Assembly (NCBI RefSeq): GCF_028641065.1
Contig: NC_073404.1
Span: 26,908,001 to 26,972,000 of the forward strand
Direction: 5' to 3'
Source: Leucoraja erinacea
Lineage: Eukaryota
Length of the DNA stretch: 64,000 bases
Shown here: positions 13,348 through 26,928 of the stretch, in pieces
Numbering within the stretch: the stretch's first letter is position 1
Layout: every line of letters begins with the position of its first letter
Translations under genes and position numbers: made by a program
The notes under the pieces: model-generated
Told to the model about the DNA's origin: nothing
Database searches by the model: none
Seen by the model: the letters and a program-made list of their open reading frames with translations, nothing else

Positions 13348-14330
13348 GTCATAGAGTCATAGAGTGAAAAAGTGTGGAAACAAGCCCTTCGGCCAACTTG
13401 CCCACACTGGCCAACATGTCCCAGCTACACCAGTCCCAGCAGCCCGTGTTTGGTCCATATCCTTCCAAACCTGTCCTTTCCTTGTACCTGTCTAACTGTT
13501 TCTTAAATGTTGGTATAGTTTAGTCCCTGCCTCAACTTCCTCACAGATTCCTATTAAATCTTTTCCCTTTCAACTTAAACCTATGTCCTCTGGTCCTCGA
13601 TTCACCTACTCTGGGCAATAGACTCTGTGCATCTACCCCACTTATTTGTCCCATGATTTTATACACCGCAGTAAGATCACACTCATCCTCCTGTGCTCCA
13701 AGGAATAGAATCCCAGCCTACTCAACTCTCTCTACAACTCAGACCCTCCAGCCCAGGCAACATCCTTGTAAATCTTCTCTGCATCCTTTCCAGCTTGAAA
13801 ATATCTTTCCTGTAACATGGTGCCCAGAATTGAACACAATACTCTAAATGCAGCTTCACCAAAGTCTTCTACAATTGCAACATGACCTCCCAACCTCTAT
13901 GCTCAATACTCTGACTGATGAAGGCCAATGTGTTAAATGTGTTTTTGACCGCCCAATCTACCTGCACTCCTAGATCCCTCTGCTCTACAACACTCCACAG
14001 AGCCCTGCCATTCACTGTGTAGGTCCTACCCATGTTAGACTTCCAAAAATGCAACACCTCACATTTCCCTGTATTAAACTCCGTCAACTATTCCTCACCC
14101 CACCTGGCCAATCGATCAACATCCTGCTGCAATTTTTCACAACCATCTTTACTATCTGCAAAACCACCAACTTTTATATCATCTGCAAACTTGCTAATTT
14201 TGCCATGCATGTTCTCATCCAAATCATTAATATAGATGACAATCAGCATCGAACCCTGAGGCACACCACTAGTCACAGGCCTCCAGTCCAAGAAACGGCC
14301 TTCCACCATCACCCTCTGCTTCCTTCCATG
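13348..14330 (-). mobile_element. CR1/HER1-type LINE, RT C-terminus and 3' tail
   Basis: Minus ORFs give RKQRVMVEG..WRPVTSGVPQGS..YINDLD..ISKFADD and FNTGKCEVLHF..QRDLGVQV; (ACTCTATG)n tail at the left end; frameshifted. Confidence 0.92.
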
Positions 14331-14993
14331 AAGTACTAAGTACCAAGCAAATGCAAGCACTTTCTTCTTCCCTGGCACTATCCAAGGGGCAAACATATAA
14401 TTTAAACCATAGCATTGCCCTTCTTACAACTCACTGAAACAAAGTGAGCTACCAGCCATCCACTACAGCAAACACAAAGTCATCTGACTTCCCTCTCGGA
14501 GTGCAAATGTATGTTTCGCAATGGGCTTAAACTTGCTCTATGCTTGCATATTTTGTTAGAATTCAGCATTTCTGCAGTCAGGGGAGTAACTCCATCCTTT
14601 ACAGTGAGGGTCAAATTGCATCTTCCCAGATCCTGTGAGCTGACATGGCTCGAGATAATCTACCTCGAATCTTCTTCCATCACACCAAAAATTTAGGCTT
14701 TTGTGCAGCATCTTCAATGCTCTCTGCTGCTCAATTTCTTCCACTCCACCTCCAGCCATTCCTTTCTATCCCTATTTCACTCCCTCGCTCCTTCTCTCCC
14801 AAGACACTTCATTAAGCATCTGAGTAGTGGTAATGAACTCATAATTTGCTCAAATGCATGTCAACTCCATCAGCTTAAATGCATGTTACATTATAGAATC
14901 TGAATTGACAATAAATCCGATTGCACCAATTCACATTGGAAACATTAATTGTCATCCATGCCTAATTTATATTTTTCTCTCGGCTTCTATTAC

Positions 14994-15125
14994 CTTCACT
15001 TAAAGATGGATGGATGGGCGGTGAAACTAAAGGAACAAATGTTTCCAAATCAAAACGTCCTGTCCTTGACTGAGCCTTCAGCAACCAATACCGTTTCTCA
15101 AGATCAATTATATCAGATTCTTCCA
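14994..15125 (-). CDS. USP32: USP32 coding exon (exon 6 equivalent), 132 bp
   Basis: (L)EESDIIDLEKRYWLLKAQSRTGRFDLETFVPLVSPPIHPSLSE; ttacag / gtaata sites; visible in ORF 14962..15147. Confidence 0.97.
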
Positions 15126-18100
15126 CTGTAAATAGAAGCAAATACATTAGCAGATAATAGATACAGCAATATTCAAATCAAAGGTCATTGACCTGAAATG
15201 TTAATTTGGATTTCTCTCTAATGCAGCATTTTTTTTAAAACAAGAGATACAACTCAGAAAATCTTAACACTGATACAAAATCATTACTTACAAAACAGAC
15301 ACCAAATTGTCAGAGGAAAATTTATTAAAAATGAACTGTATTGTAGTTTATTCAAAACATTTTCAATCACTGTCAAATGATGGAACGACTGCCAGGAAAT
15401 TAGCTAATAACTTTAAGGGTGTTATACTTTACATTTGTACTTTGCATGTTGGAGTAATAATTCCCATGCAAGATAAAATGGTATAATAAAGCCTTACAGT
15501 AATCAATTACAATATGAATCATATTATGGCATTTTTGATTTATGTACTTTTATAAAAATAAAGATTGTTTCTTATCACTCCAAAATATTAACCCGTGGGG
15601 TTAAATATAATTTAAAAATGCCTTGATCTTGTGCTCTCCAGCCTGCCTCTTCGCTGCCCAATTTTTCCTATGTGATTGAAATGTTAACTTCATTTCTCTT
15701 TTCAAAGATGCGACCTGATATGCAGACTATTTCCAGCACTTTGTTTCTTACGAAGAATATGAATACCAGCAGAAATACAGCGGCTTTACGATTATGGATC
15801 TAGGAATGAATGTGTCAGCCAGTTGACTTCTGGAACCTGTTTTTTTCCCCACTCTGTCATATATGGCCTATAGAAGAGGGGACATGATAAACAGTAAGGG
15901 AAAATAAAGAATGACAACCTATTGTTAGATTTTTCATATTTCTTGAAAGTAGTCTGAAGATCACCTCTGATTTTCATTTCGTGCCGGATACCGTTTTTAT
16001 TGACTTGACTAGGAAAAAAACCTTTGCCTTTACCACTTGTTCCTTACTAAAACTCCCTTCCTTTAACCAACAATCTTCCCTTACATATCATTGGATAATG
16101 TCCAATTTTGTTTGACAATGTTCCTGTTAAGCCCCTTGGTAAATAAATACAATTTTGGGGGTGGAAGATGGAAATCACCATGACATTGTGTTTTCCAATG
16201 CACTGAACTTTTACATTATGCAAAAAGTTGTCTCAAAGCAGTAGAGTCATCCAGTTGATGGTATGAATGGAGTTTTCATTGAAACATGCAAAAGGTTCTA
16301 TTCTTGTCTTATGAGTAATGAGTCTTTGTACAAAACAAATGTTACCTATCAAATGTTCACTAAGCTTTGGCAGAGTATGTTGTGGAACTTGTCATTTCAC
16401 ACAATTTGCTGCCATCTTGGAAATTCCCCAGGAAGAGATCGCAAGTGGAAGTGTGGGTGGGGGAAAAGGGCAAACTGAGCACAAATAACCAGTCATTTTC
16501 ATAGCTCGTTATGGAGCACATCAAGCAGCTTCATTATACTCTTCAACTCCAATAAAAAAACTATTAAAATGCATCTCCTTTCAAATCCCTTTTTTTAATC
16601 ATTTTTTTCCTAGAATTTTAACATGAACTCAATCAGCTACATCGAATAAAAACATTGTAACTTTTGCCCATTCACGTCAATCGTCACACCAGCCATTTCC
16701 CCCCCAATACAAACTACAGAACAGCTGGTGGTTACTGAAGGAAAAAAACATGGAGAGGGAAGAGAATTTTCTAAACTTCAAAAATCCACTGCATGCCATT
16801 CCTGTATTAGAATGTAGTGGATTCATTCACCCACCCCTGCTTTCTTCATAGTTTTGAATTTGCCTTATTTCTGAACATTTTTCAGATTAGAACCGGACTG
16901 CAGAGAAACAGAATCCAGTTGCCATGTTGACTGCAGCTGTGTATTATCTCATTGCCCAGCTGGCTTTAAGGCAGATTTAATCCATTTCAATCTAATAATA
17001 GGATACCACTGGGAGCATTACTGCATCTCAGACACAAAAACGAATATATCAGTTTATCAAATTCATGGGTTCAGAAACATATTTACCACAAAAGTCAACC
17101 CTTTCAAAATTGTGTAACAATACTGTAATTTTGCTGCATCTTAGACATGGCTTTAAATAATTTGCAGCTTTTTTTTCCCCAGGAGATCCAGAGAAATATT
17201 TGTTCCAAATTATTTATTCTATTAAATTAAAAAAAATCAATGATTCACAATCCCAGGCAGTATTTAAATTCTAACTGCCTATCACAGCCAGCTCAATATT
17301 TATTTTCACAATAAATTTACTAGAATTTAACTTGAACAAAGTTTAAGAAATGCATTTATAAACCAAATTAAAGCTCCAAAGTGTTATTTGTCACACCAAA
17401 CCACTGCACATTGTAAAAACAAATTGACAATTTTGAACTATAATTTTATGCTGGTGTTTCTAGTTATTTTATCTCGTTGATTTTCCAAGCAAGCAACTTA
17501 TACAGGTTGCAATTGTTACTCAGTAATCTAAAGAGTAACTATAGTTAACCCCTTATTTTCTGCTCTGGCAGCCTCTGCGTTCAATGGATCATCCTCTGCC
17601 ACCACTTAAACATTGTCATCTTGTCCCTAACCCTTTCACTATTCCAAGTATGCCCTTTAACTTCCTGATCTATTCATCATTCACCCCGAACACCAATAAT
17701 CCCTTCCATTTGCTAAATGCAGCAGAATAATTACAATCTTTCATCGTTTCCCTTTCCACCACCCCTGGTATTTATTGACCCTGTACGGCAAATTTAAAAG
17801 GGAGCTCCCTGTTGATACAAAACGGCAACAATGGAATTGGTTGTTCCTTTCCGGTGATGACCACCACAGTCCCTTGACATTTTATAAAATTTTTGTCAAA
17901 CATCTCAATCTATTTTGAGTTGGAAATTGCTAGAAAAACCCAGAATGTGGGAAACATTTGTGGTGCAACCTTCCTTCTTCTCTGTACTAGTAAATTATAC
18001 AATCTACAACTACAGAGGTGGAGAAAGGTAGCAGAAAAGGGAGGGTTTTCAATTTAAAGAGGCTATACTTTATATACTAAAAATGTCTTTCAATAAGCAG

Positions 18101-20192
18101 TCACACAATTGCAGATCTGGTTTATTCATAAACCATTTGAGAAATTGTTTGAACTTAACCCTCCAAATAAGTCCATCACCAGCATCTTAAAGCAACAAAA
18201 CATCAATGTGAAGTGAATTTCTAAAATTCCCAAATTGAAACCACAGTGATTTTGTGCAAAAGTACCTTGGTTTTCCACCCTTATTTTCAATATGAAAAAA
18301 TGCAATAGTGACATTAAAATTAAAGACCATTAAGCCAAATTAAGTGGTACACAATTTTGCAATGACTTGTTCTGAACAGGCAATGTAAAAAAAGAGTTGA
18401 GCATAGTTCACCCTTAAAGTGCTGTAGGGTATTAAAGCAGGGTTTGCAAACAGGAGCAGCAATCTAAAAAATACATTTAGATTATGCAGTCTTATTAAAT
18501 TAAATATTAACCAAAATGGCTAACATTAAAAAAAAAACTTGAAGCAAAAGCATGTTTTTGACCCAAAAGTAAAACCGAACCACTTTATGTGGTTACTGGA
18601 GTAGCTGGCCAAAGAGACAGCTCCTAAAGAAGACATTGAAAGATGCAAGTAACATAGAAACAGGTTTTAAAAGAGAATTTCTGACCTTAGGGACTCAGAA
18701 GCAGAAGGTATAATTGTAAATTTTGGAGATTAAATTTAGGGATTGTAAAGTAATCAAGATTTGGTGCAGGCAGACATAACATGATAAGAAATTGAAGTTG
18801 CAACAGACCATTTGACCATTTAAGCTGCTCTGCCATTGAATACGATCATGGTAGTTCTTCCCCAACACCACCTCTAATCCTTCGTATCCATCTATCGGTC
18901 CAAATATCTTTTAAAAAGTCATAAATTTATCCACTTCCATAGCTAACACTATCAACACTACCACCTCATAAGAATCTGTTTATAGGAATTACTACATCTT
19001 CTCCAAATCAGGACTATCATCCAGGATTTTGATGAACTGAGACAAAACATACAGCACAGAAACAGGCCCTTATAGCCCACCTCTTCCATATTGACCAATG
19101 ATGCCTATCTATACTAATCCCATTTGTCCACGCTTTGACCAGGCTTCTACCGTAGTCACATCCTTGTTTCAATTCTAAAAGAAAATCAGATCTACATAAT
19201 TCATTGAGAAGTTATTCTGTATGTGCAATGCAGAAATTAATGCATATTGCTGTAAACACAGAATCAAGTAACATTATCCTTGCATATATTTGTATATGCT
19301 TCAACTCCATAGAGTCAGAGTTATGCAGCATGGAAACAGCCCAACATTTAATATAGAACTTAGATACATTGACAAAGTGCAAAGAAAGTAAAGATACATT
19401 TCCAAAGTTGTACAAATAATATTATCAATTACTCAGCATTACAATTCATATTGTTTGTTCAAATACTAGCCTTGTCATAAACATTAAAGTTTCAGTCATT
19501 ATATGGTATTTTACTCAGAGAACCAAGTATCAGTTTACATTGCAATGCAAAGTGAATTTCATGGGAAGATTTCAGAAATACTGTAACTTGGCTGGCCCCA
19601 ATAATCATTCACCCATCTGCAGGTACTATCCTTTCCGGCGGGCAGCAGTACAGGCAGACCATAGTCCAACCTGCACTGACAACACTCGAACAAGATTTAT
19701 GCCCATACTGTACTCAAATGAAGGTAGATCTCAAAAGAAAGCTCAACAGGTCAGCCAACTGCAGAGGACAACAAATGGAAAGTGTATTCAAATTGTGTAA
19801 CTTAATCATGGTCATTTCTGCAGCAAAATGAAGCATTCAATCATGGGACACAGAAGGTCATCTGGAGTAAATCCACCTGCTCAGAGTATGACTAAGAATT
19901 AAGAGGATAATGAGACAGGCTGACGATTACATTGCACCAGCAATTTCTCTAATTGGCACATGATGTTAAAATTCCCTCCATCAACTTCAAAAAAGGTTGG
20001 TGTCCAATCTCACACAACATAATATAGACAGAACATTTTGTAAGTACTTTGCAGCCCAGTCAATAACAGAAAAGAATATTTCAAGTAAAAGACTACCTCA
20101 TCAAAAGTAAAAAATGTCAGAAGGGCTAATTCACAAGTGTAGAGATTGGGGAAGTGAGGTGGGGAGGAAGAATCATGAAGGATGCCCTACTA

Positions 20193-20630
20193 CAGTGCCC
20201 TCCATTATGTGTGGGGCAATTTCACTTTCCATCGTTTATTTATTTGCCTCTGTACTCCACAATTTGAGATTTGTAATAGAAAAAAATCACATGTGGTTAA
20301 GGTGCACATTGTCAGATTTTATTAAAGGCCATTTTTTATATATTTTGGTTTCACCGTGTAGAAACATAGAAAATAGGTGCAGGAGTAGGCCATTCGGCCC
20401 TTCGAGCCTGCACGGCCATTCAATATGATCATGGCTGATCATCCAACTCAGTATCCTGTACCTGCCCTCTCTCCATACTCCCTGATCCCTTTAGCCACAA
20501 GGGCTAGAAATTACAGCAATGTTTATACATAGTTTCCCCCCCACTTCAAGGCACCATAATGTTTGGGACTCATGTAAATGAAAGTAGTCATGTTTAGTAT
20601 TTTGTTGCATATCCTTTGCATGCAAGGATA
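20193..20630 (+). mobile_element. Tc1/mariner-like left-end fragment interrupted by a CR1 tail
   Basis: TA|CAGTGCCCTCC terminus; second copy at ~33133-33312; insert at 20365-20504. Confidence 0.65.
20365..20504 (-). mobile_element. CR1 3' tail insertion bounded by TAGAAA repeats
   Basis: Reverse complement of the tail at 7031-7200; TAGAAA at 20359-20364 and 20505-20510. Confidence 0.8.
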
Positions 20631-21708
20631 TGCTTCATCAGAAAGTAATTATAGAAACTATTAATCCTTTGTTCATGTTTAAATTAAAATCCTATTTTTG
20701 TGATTTGTTTCGCTGTTGGCTTATTTAGCCAAAATAAAACCCTCAAAGATTTAGAAAGCAAAAAAACAATATTGCATATTAGAATTATTCAAACATTTCT
20801 GCATCACATTTCAAACAGCTGGCATTTACCACCACTCAAAACTGGTACAAAAGGGACAGAACAAGTGATAGATTTAATCTGATGAAAAGGAGAGCATTCA
20901 TACATTGGTCAATAATGTTTCAGATCCATGTTCATAATTATAACCGGTTTTATACTCTGAAAGGCTAAACAATTTCAATAGCAGGCACTTATTCCAACCA
21001 TCCTGAAACTGGAGTTTTTCTTTTCCTTTTATAATAATGGAAGAAATGTTTATTGGACTGTATCAACTATTCTAAACAGCAGACAATACCACAGACAAAT
21101 GGCACCTAAACATTGTAAATACGGCACTACATTAAATTCAAATTATGTGTTATTATTTAGGTAATTCTAATCAAGGACCAGGTACAATAAGTGCATTTGA
21201 GAGACATTTAGGCTTAAAAAAAAGGCATGGAATAATATGGACCTAGTGAAGGCAAATGGGACAAAGTCAGCACGGACATGTGGTGAAGGGTTTATTGAAG
21301 TGCTGTACAACTGACTTTCAGCCTAATTTGGGGTTATCTGTTGAAGCACTTACACAAAGTTCTTTATCCTTGATCCTTCACACAGCTACTCAGAGATAAA
21401 AGCAATGTCATTTTATTTACAGCCACCAGGGAAATCAAACAGTATTAAGACGGAAGAATCATAATAGATTGGTTTGGAAGAGACGTACAACAGCTTAGCA
21501 GCTATCACAAACATCATAATTAACATTATGGGGAAACCTTCACAATGACTGTCAGAAGAAATACTTTGACTTATCCGTTACTTAGTGGTATAAAAGTTTA
21601 TTCTATAGTAAAGTCAGAGTTTAAGCCTGTTTAAGGGAATGGAATCAATAGTAATGTTAAAACAGAAGTAGTTATGGCCAACTCAAAACTGGATATTTGA
21701 TAATTAAT

Positions 21709-21803
21709 CTGAAGAAGGGTTTCGGTCTGAAACGTTGCCTATTTCCTTCGCTCCATAGACACTGCCACATTCGCTAAGTTTCTCCAGCACTTTTGTCTAC
21801 CTT
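21709..21803 (+). ncRNA. Minimal hammerhead ribozyme motif in a Penelope-like terminal repeat
   Basis: CTGAAGA-AGGGTTTCGGTCT-GAAA-CGTT matches the CUGANGA / stem II / GAAA core with palindromic ACGU stem III described for PLE hammerheads; followed by the PLE repeat body. Confidence 0.7.
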
Positions 21804-23444
21804 TTATTTGATAACTAATCCGAGTCAACTGATACTAGTAATGGAGTCATCAAGAAAAGCGTGGGTAGACACTTCAATGTTGATGTCAGTAAATAACACC
21901 ATATCTGAAGGTGATGTTGCCAAGAGATAGGAAGTAAATGAGGAATTGGAAAGGGTAAACATTTCAGGAAATTTGGCAGGTCGGGGAGTAGGGGCTAGGA
22001 AGTTACTGGAAATGATCTGGCTATGATCAGGTAGACAAGTCTGAAATCAGGCAAACACGAGTCAAGACTGGAAGATTGTTGGTTTGTCACATTAAAGTTG
22101 CAGAACCCATCCGGAAATAAGATAGGCATAGATTGGTGAATGCATACAGTCTTTTCTCCAGAGTTAAGGAATCAAGAACTAGAGGGTCTAGGTTTAAAGT
22201 GAGAGCAGAAAGATTTAATAGAAACCCGAGGAGAAATGTTTTCCATACTGAGGGTATATGGAGTGAGCTGCCAGAGGAAGTACATGGATAGGAGAGGTTC
22301 CGATAGGTACATCAAATGCAGGCAAATAGGGCTAACTTAGATGTGCATTTTGGCGAGTTGGGTGGAGAGGCCCGTTTCCATGTCCCAAGAGGTGTAGTAA
22401 TATGGATATTAGCTTAAATATTAGATCAATTTTTAAAAAAAATCAAATTTGAATAATGAAAGGTTTTGGCTGAGATCAAGATTCAAGAGTTTGTGCATTG
22501 TCCAGATAGATCTCGTGATGGATGACAAAAGCCAGCTGCATGCCAGTTATGCTCCGACTTGCATTCCTGCTACTCAATTTCAATCAAGTGAGAAGAATCA
22601 AGACTAATAACATTCATCATGGCGTCAGCTAGAAAGACATACAGTATTGATAGCGTGGTGTGTCAGTAACCCTTTGCAAATCTGTTTTGCTACCTTTAAA
22701 AAATTAAAAAGAATACACCTCAGGGTGCTAGCACTAGTGCAAGCCTTTGTTCCTTCACCCCTTTTAAATTTGCATCACGTTGCCTGTACGGTCTATCTTT
22801 ATCCTTCCTACAGAGGTAAATTTCCTGACGTTTCTGTGCTGAATTTCATTTGCCATGTTGTGCGAGTTTTCCTGTGGCCTTCGAGGTCAATTTCTATCTT
22901 CCTCCTTGTTTAATGCACTTCCAATTGCTAAGTCTATTACTGTTTCCATTAGTGTTCTATCCACCTTTAATCTCAAATTTGTGATTAATTCACATTCCCC
23001 TGAAGCTCAAATTTGGAAGTCACTTACTGTATAATGTACAGACATACCACGTGTCAGAATAAGCAACATCACAAACAAGCCTCAAAGACCTTTCTGTATA
23101 AGCCTTTTATGATATCAGGTGAGTTAATTTTCCTGTCGTCACAACATTTTATCTATTTCAACACTGTTGGAAATTTTAAAAATAGCATTTGTAGATATGC
23201 CATATTTGAAATCTCTTGCATGGCATAGATGTCAACATTTTACAAAGTAAAAAGTATTAAAATACCAGCACTAGTGCAAGCTCAAAACATTAATTCAATT
23301 GAGAGCTTTGAAAATCTGCTCGACTAACTTGTTTGGCTTAAGACTAAACTAGAATCCTATTGGAAATCAGATTCATTGACATGGTCCACAAAGTTTCCAT
23401 TACTCCGAACTAATACTTATTTTGTAGCAACAAAAATTTAGTAA

Positions 23445-23668
23445 AGGGCCTGTCCCACTTGGCGATTTTTTCGGCGACTGCCGGCGTCATATCAGTGTCG
23501 CCAAAAGATTTTGAACATTTCAAAATCCAGCGGCGACAAAAAATGTTGCGACACTAGAAAAATCACCGCGCGCCAAACGTTATCACGCCGCAAATCTTAC
23601 GGTGACCTGATACGTCAGTCAATGATGCCGGCAGTTGCCGAAAAAAATCGCCAAGTGGGACAGGCCCT
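23445..23668. mobile_element. PIF/Harbinger-type MITE, copy 2
   Basis: Same 15-bp TIR extended to a ~46-bp near-perfect inverted repeat; TAA TSD at 23442-23444 and 23669-23671; central hairpin gattttgaacatttcaaaatc. Confidence 0.88.
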
Positions 23669-24203
23669 TAAGACACTTTTCCACCATCTTTGTCCAAAAC
23701 AGAATGATACTTATTAATTACCCAATTAGACAAAATACACATTGAAAACCCAAACTTCCATTACAAAAAAACGGTCAGCTTTTTGTATATTCAAATAGTG
23801 GAACAAGAATGGTCCGTTTCAGATTGCTGCTTCAATGACATCAGAAATGAGAAGTGAAAGTATTAAGAAGAAGTAGTGGACAATGCATCCAATTCTGATG
23901 TCACATCAGGGGGAATTGTACAGCTTTTTTCCTTAGGTTAAGCTCAGGCACACTCTTGCATCAAGAGCAGGTCCTGACGTCCTTTGCAGTCACCTGCTTG
24001 TTGAAACGTAAAGCGGAAAAAAAAGCAAGCAGCTTAAAATACAGCAATGACAAGCATAGATAAATGGACTCTTCACAAAAAGGAAAGGTCTGCATGTTGA
24101 ATTTAATAATGTTCAGCGCAGCAAAAAATATCTTAAATGCTAGTTGTAAATATCTAGGATGTCAGCAAATCTCACCCCCTTTTCAGAAAATAAATATACT
24201 TAC

Positions 24204-24363
24204 AGTGAGTGACTCCAGCCAGAGTTTGATAAAATGTAGGTGTATCACTATCGTCAGTAAGAGTGATACACACTCCTCCCGACAGCAGCCATCGAGCAAA
24301 TGTGAATGCATCCTTATTCTGAAGGAGCCAATTCTTGAACTTCTCATAATTTACCTTCTCTCC
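24204..24363 (-). CDS. USP32: USP32 coding exon (exon 5 equivalent), 160 bp
   Basis: GEKVNYEKFKNWLLQNKDAFTFARWLLSGGVCITLTDDSDTPTFYQTLAGVTH; ttttag / gtaagt splice sites. Confidence 0.97.
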
Positions 24364-24746
24364 CTAAAATAAAACCAAAATGACAAACTAGAATTTTTGC
24401 GCAAAATCTATACATCATGACCAAAAGATTTACAAGACTGAAATGCGGGCTTTGAGCACAATTAAAATCACAAGTAACTAGAACTATCACTGATGTCTCT
24501 TTAATGGGTCAGAATTCAGCTTACATAGAACAGTACAGCACAAGACCCTGCAGCTCACAATGACTGTGAGAAACATGATGCCAAACACCTCTTATTTACT
24601 TGCATGTCATCCGCTACAGATCTAATATGCCTACTCAAAAGTCACAATCCTTGGCAGCGTGTCCCACTTACTCACCATCCTCTGAAAAAAAAAAGTTACC
24701 TTGCGTATCACCTTTAAACTTTGCTTATTTCACCTTCAACCTAGCA

Positions 24747-25055
24747 TTTAGTTTTAGTTTTAGAGATACAGCATGGAAACAAGTCCCTTCGGCCCACCTA
24801 GTTCATGCTGACCAATGATCACCTGTACACTAGTTCTATTTTATCCCAGTTTCGCATCTTACACGCTCAGGGCAATTTACAGAAGGCAATTAACCTACAA
24901 ACCTCCACGTCTTTGGAATGTGGGAGGAAACCGGAGCATCCGGAAGAAACTCATCCAATCACAGGGAGAACGTAAAAACTCCGTGCATACGCCACCCGTA
25001 GTCAGGATTGAACCAGAGTCTCTGACGCTGCAAGGCAGCAACTTTGTGCTACCCA
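24747..25055 (-). mobile_element. HE1/V-SINE-like tRNA-derived SINE, near full length
   Basis: tRNA-like head at the right end, V-domain-like core (gtctttggaatgtgggaggaaaccggagca...cacagggagaacg), CR1-like tail with (CTAAAA)n; nested in a CR1 remnant. Confidence 0.8.
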
Positions 25056-26596
25056 TTCTTGGAAATAGGTTCTGACTGTCTATCCTAGGTCTCAATTTTA
25101 AATACTTCTATCAGACCAGCATTCCAGAGAAAACAATATAAATCTGTTCAACCTCTCTCTGTAGCTAATTCCCCCTAATCCATGCATCATTATGGTGAAC
25201 ACAAATAGCAGCATGGTTACTTAGGTTGAGGAATGTGCTCAGCTGTATTTCAGCTTCAAATGAGATATTCTATGAAATATTCATGTTTCAGTATTACGTC
25301 AATAACAACTAAGTTTAAAGAAGCGCATTTTAAAAATGATTTAAAATATTATGCAAACTATTAGACATAGCTTATAATCTTCATTCTACAGAAAGCTGCT
25401 TTGGCAACACCTATAAAAATATGTAATAACTAAACATTTAAAGAAAGTATGTATTGAATTCTACTGAGAAAAATTAGATGAGAGATAACTAATAGTGTAG
25501 TCATAATAAAACATTCATTTTTAAGAAATCATTCGGTATTCTGAAAAAAAAGTGCTCATCACCACAAAGGTCCTTTCAGTACAGCGACCTCAACAATACC
25601 AATTGGTATTTGAAATAAAAAATTAAGAAACACATTAAAGCACAGAAATAGGATGTGGAAGCAAAAGGTCTTAGAAATTAATCACCCATTTCCTTATTCA
25701 ATAGCAAGCAATTCATAAACTCAATCCAAGAGGATGAATGCCGGGATTATTTTCACCCCACTGAGTGGATTTGTGGTTGAAACTCAAATATGGGCCGGAG
25801 CCCACAGTGAGTATAATAGCAAAGTGTAGCCAGAAAATGGTTGACAAAGCTTAAATCTGAAAGCTTGGGAATCCTTTTACCCCTGAGAGTTAATACCAGC
25901 AGTTTGATGAAGAACCCATTGAGTTTTGATATTTTTGAGGAAATAATCCATATACATAAATTATTGTTATGGCTCAGAGAATGTTGTAGATCTCTAATCA
26001 CAGCTTAGACCTATTTATAATTTCACTTGGCACTTGTGCAAATCTTATGGCATTTTCAGAGTAATTTGAATCAAGTCCAATTCACAAAAAAAGCTTAGGC
26101 TCATTAAAATTCAATATATTTCAGTGATTGCAGTGGAAATATCCACATTGTAGGCAAACCTGAAGACTGACAGCAGCTTCGTAATGTGGTGTTAAATCAC
26201 CTCCAAGTGTAACTGAAAGATTAATGCTCGTTTCAGGTTGAAATCATAACAAAGCTTTGCCATTATTACAATTTAAAAAATGACTGAAAATTATGTTATT
26301 TGTGTTGCGATTGCCTTATAGGGCTTATTTTAATATTAGTAAACTCCCTTTAAAATTCAAGAGTCTCCTGGTGTAGACAAATAAGAATATAATTCCTTAG
26401 AGTAATCTCCAAATATTGACAGGCACCCTACAGCATGCAAGGTGAAATAAGTACATTATTTTTTTTTATATACATAACATGACCTCATACATACCAATGG
26501 GTGCAATTAATATGCTAAATAATTGGAATGTTAATTTCCTTTTATGTGAATTTAAAGCTTTTCTTCAAAAATCTCAGCCTCAATTGGAAATAGGGT

Positions 26597-26928
26597 CATG
26601 GAGTCAGACAATGTGAAAACAGGCTTTTCGGCCCAACTTGGCCACCATGTCCCTTCTGCACGTCCCACCTGCCTGCATTTGGTCAATATCCCTCTGAACC
26701 TGTCCTATCTTTGTACCGGTCTAAATGTTTCTTAAACGTTCTCAACTACCTCCTCCAGCAGCTCGTTCCAAACACCCATCACCTTATGTGTGAAAAAGTT
26801 ACCTCTCAGGTTCCTATTAAATCTTTCCCTCGCACCTTAAACCTATGTCCTCTGGTTCTTGACTCCCCTACTGTGGGCAAGAGACACTGTGAGTCTACCC
26901 AATCTATTCCTCTCATGATTTTGTATAT
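26597..26928 (-). mobile_element. CR1/HER1-type LINE 3' fragment
   Basis: Minus ORF YKIMRGIDWVDSQCLLPTVGESRTRGHRFKVRG; same family as 13348-14330. Confidence 0.85.

Noticed and set aside
15126-15700. Possible intronic scaRNA (human SCARNA20 is, from memory, hosted in a USP32 intron near exon 6)
   Set aside because: No convincing H/ACA two-hairpin structure or sequence match seen; needs an Infernal/Rfam search.
23945-24025. Possible cryptic exon downstream of exon 5 (minus-strand pyrimidine tract plus aagcag)
   Set aside because: Reaches a stop after 16 codons, has no clear donor, and there is no transcript evidence.
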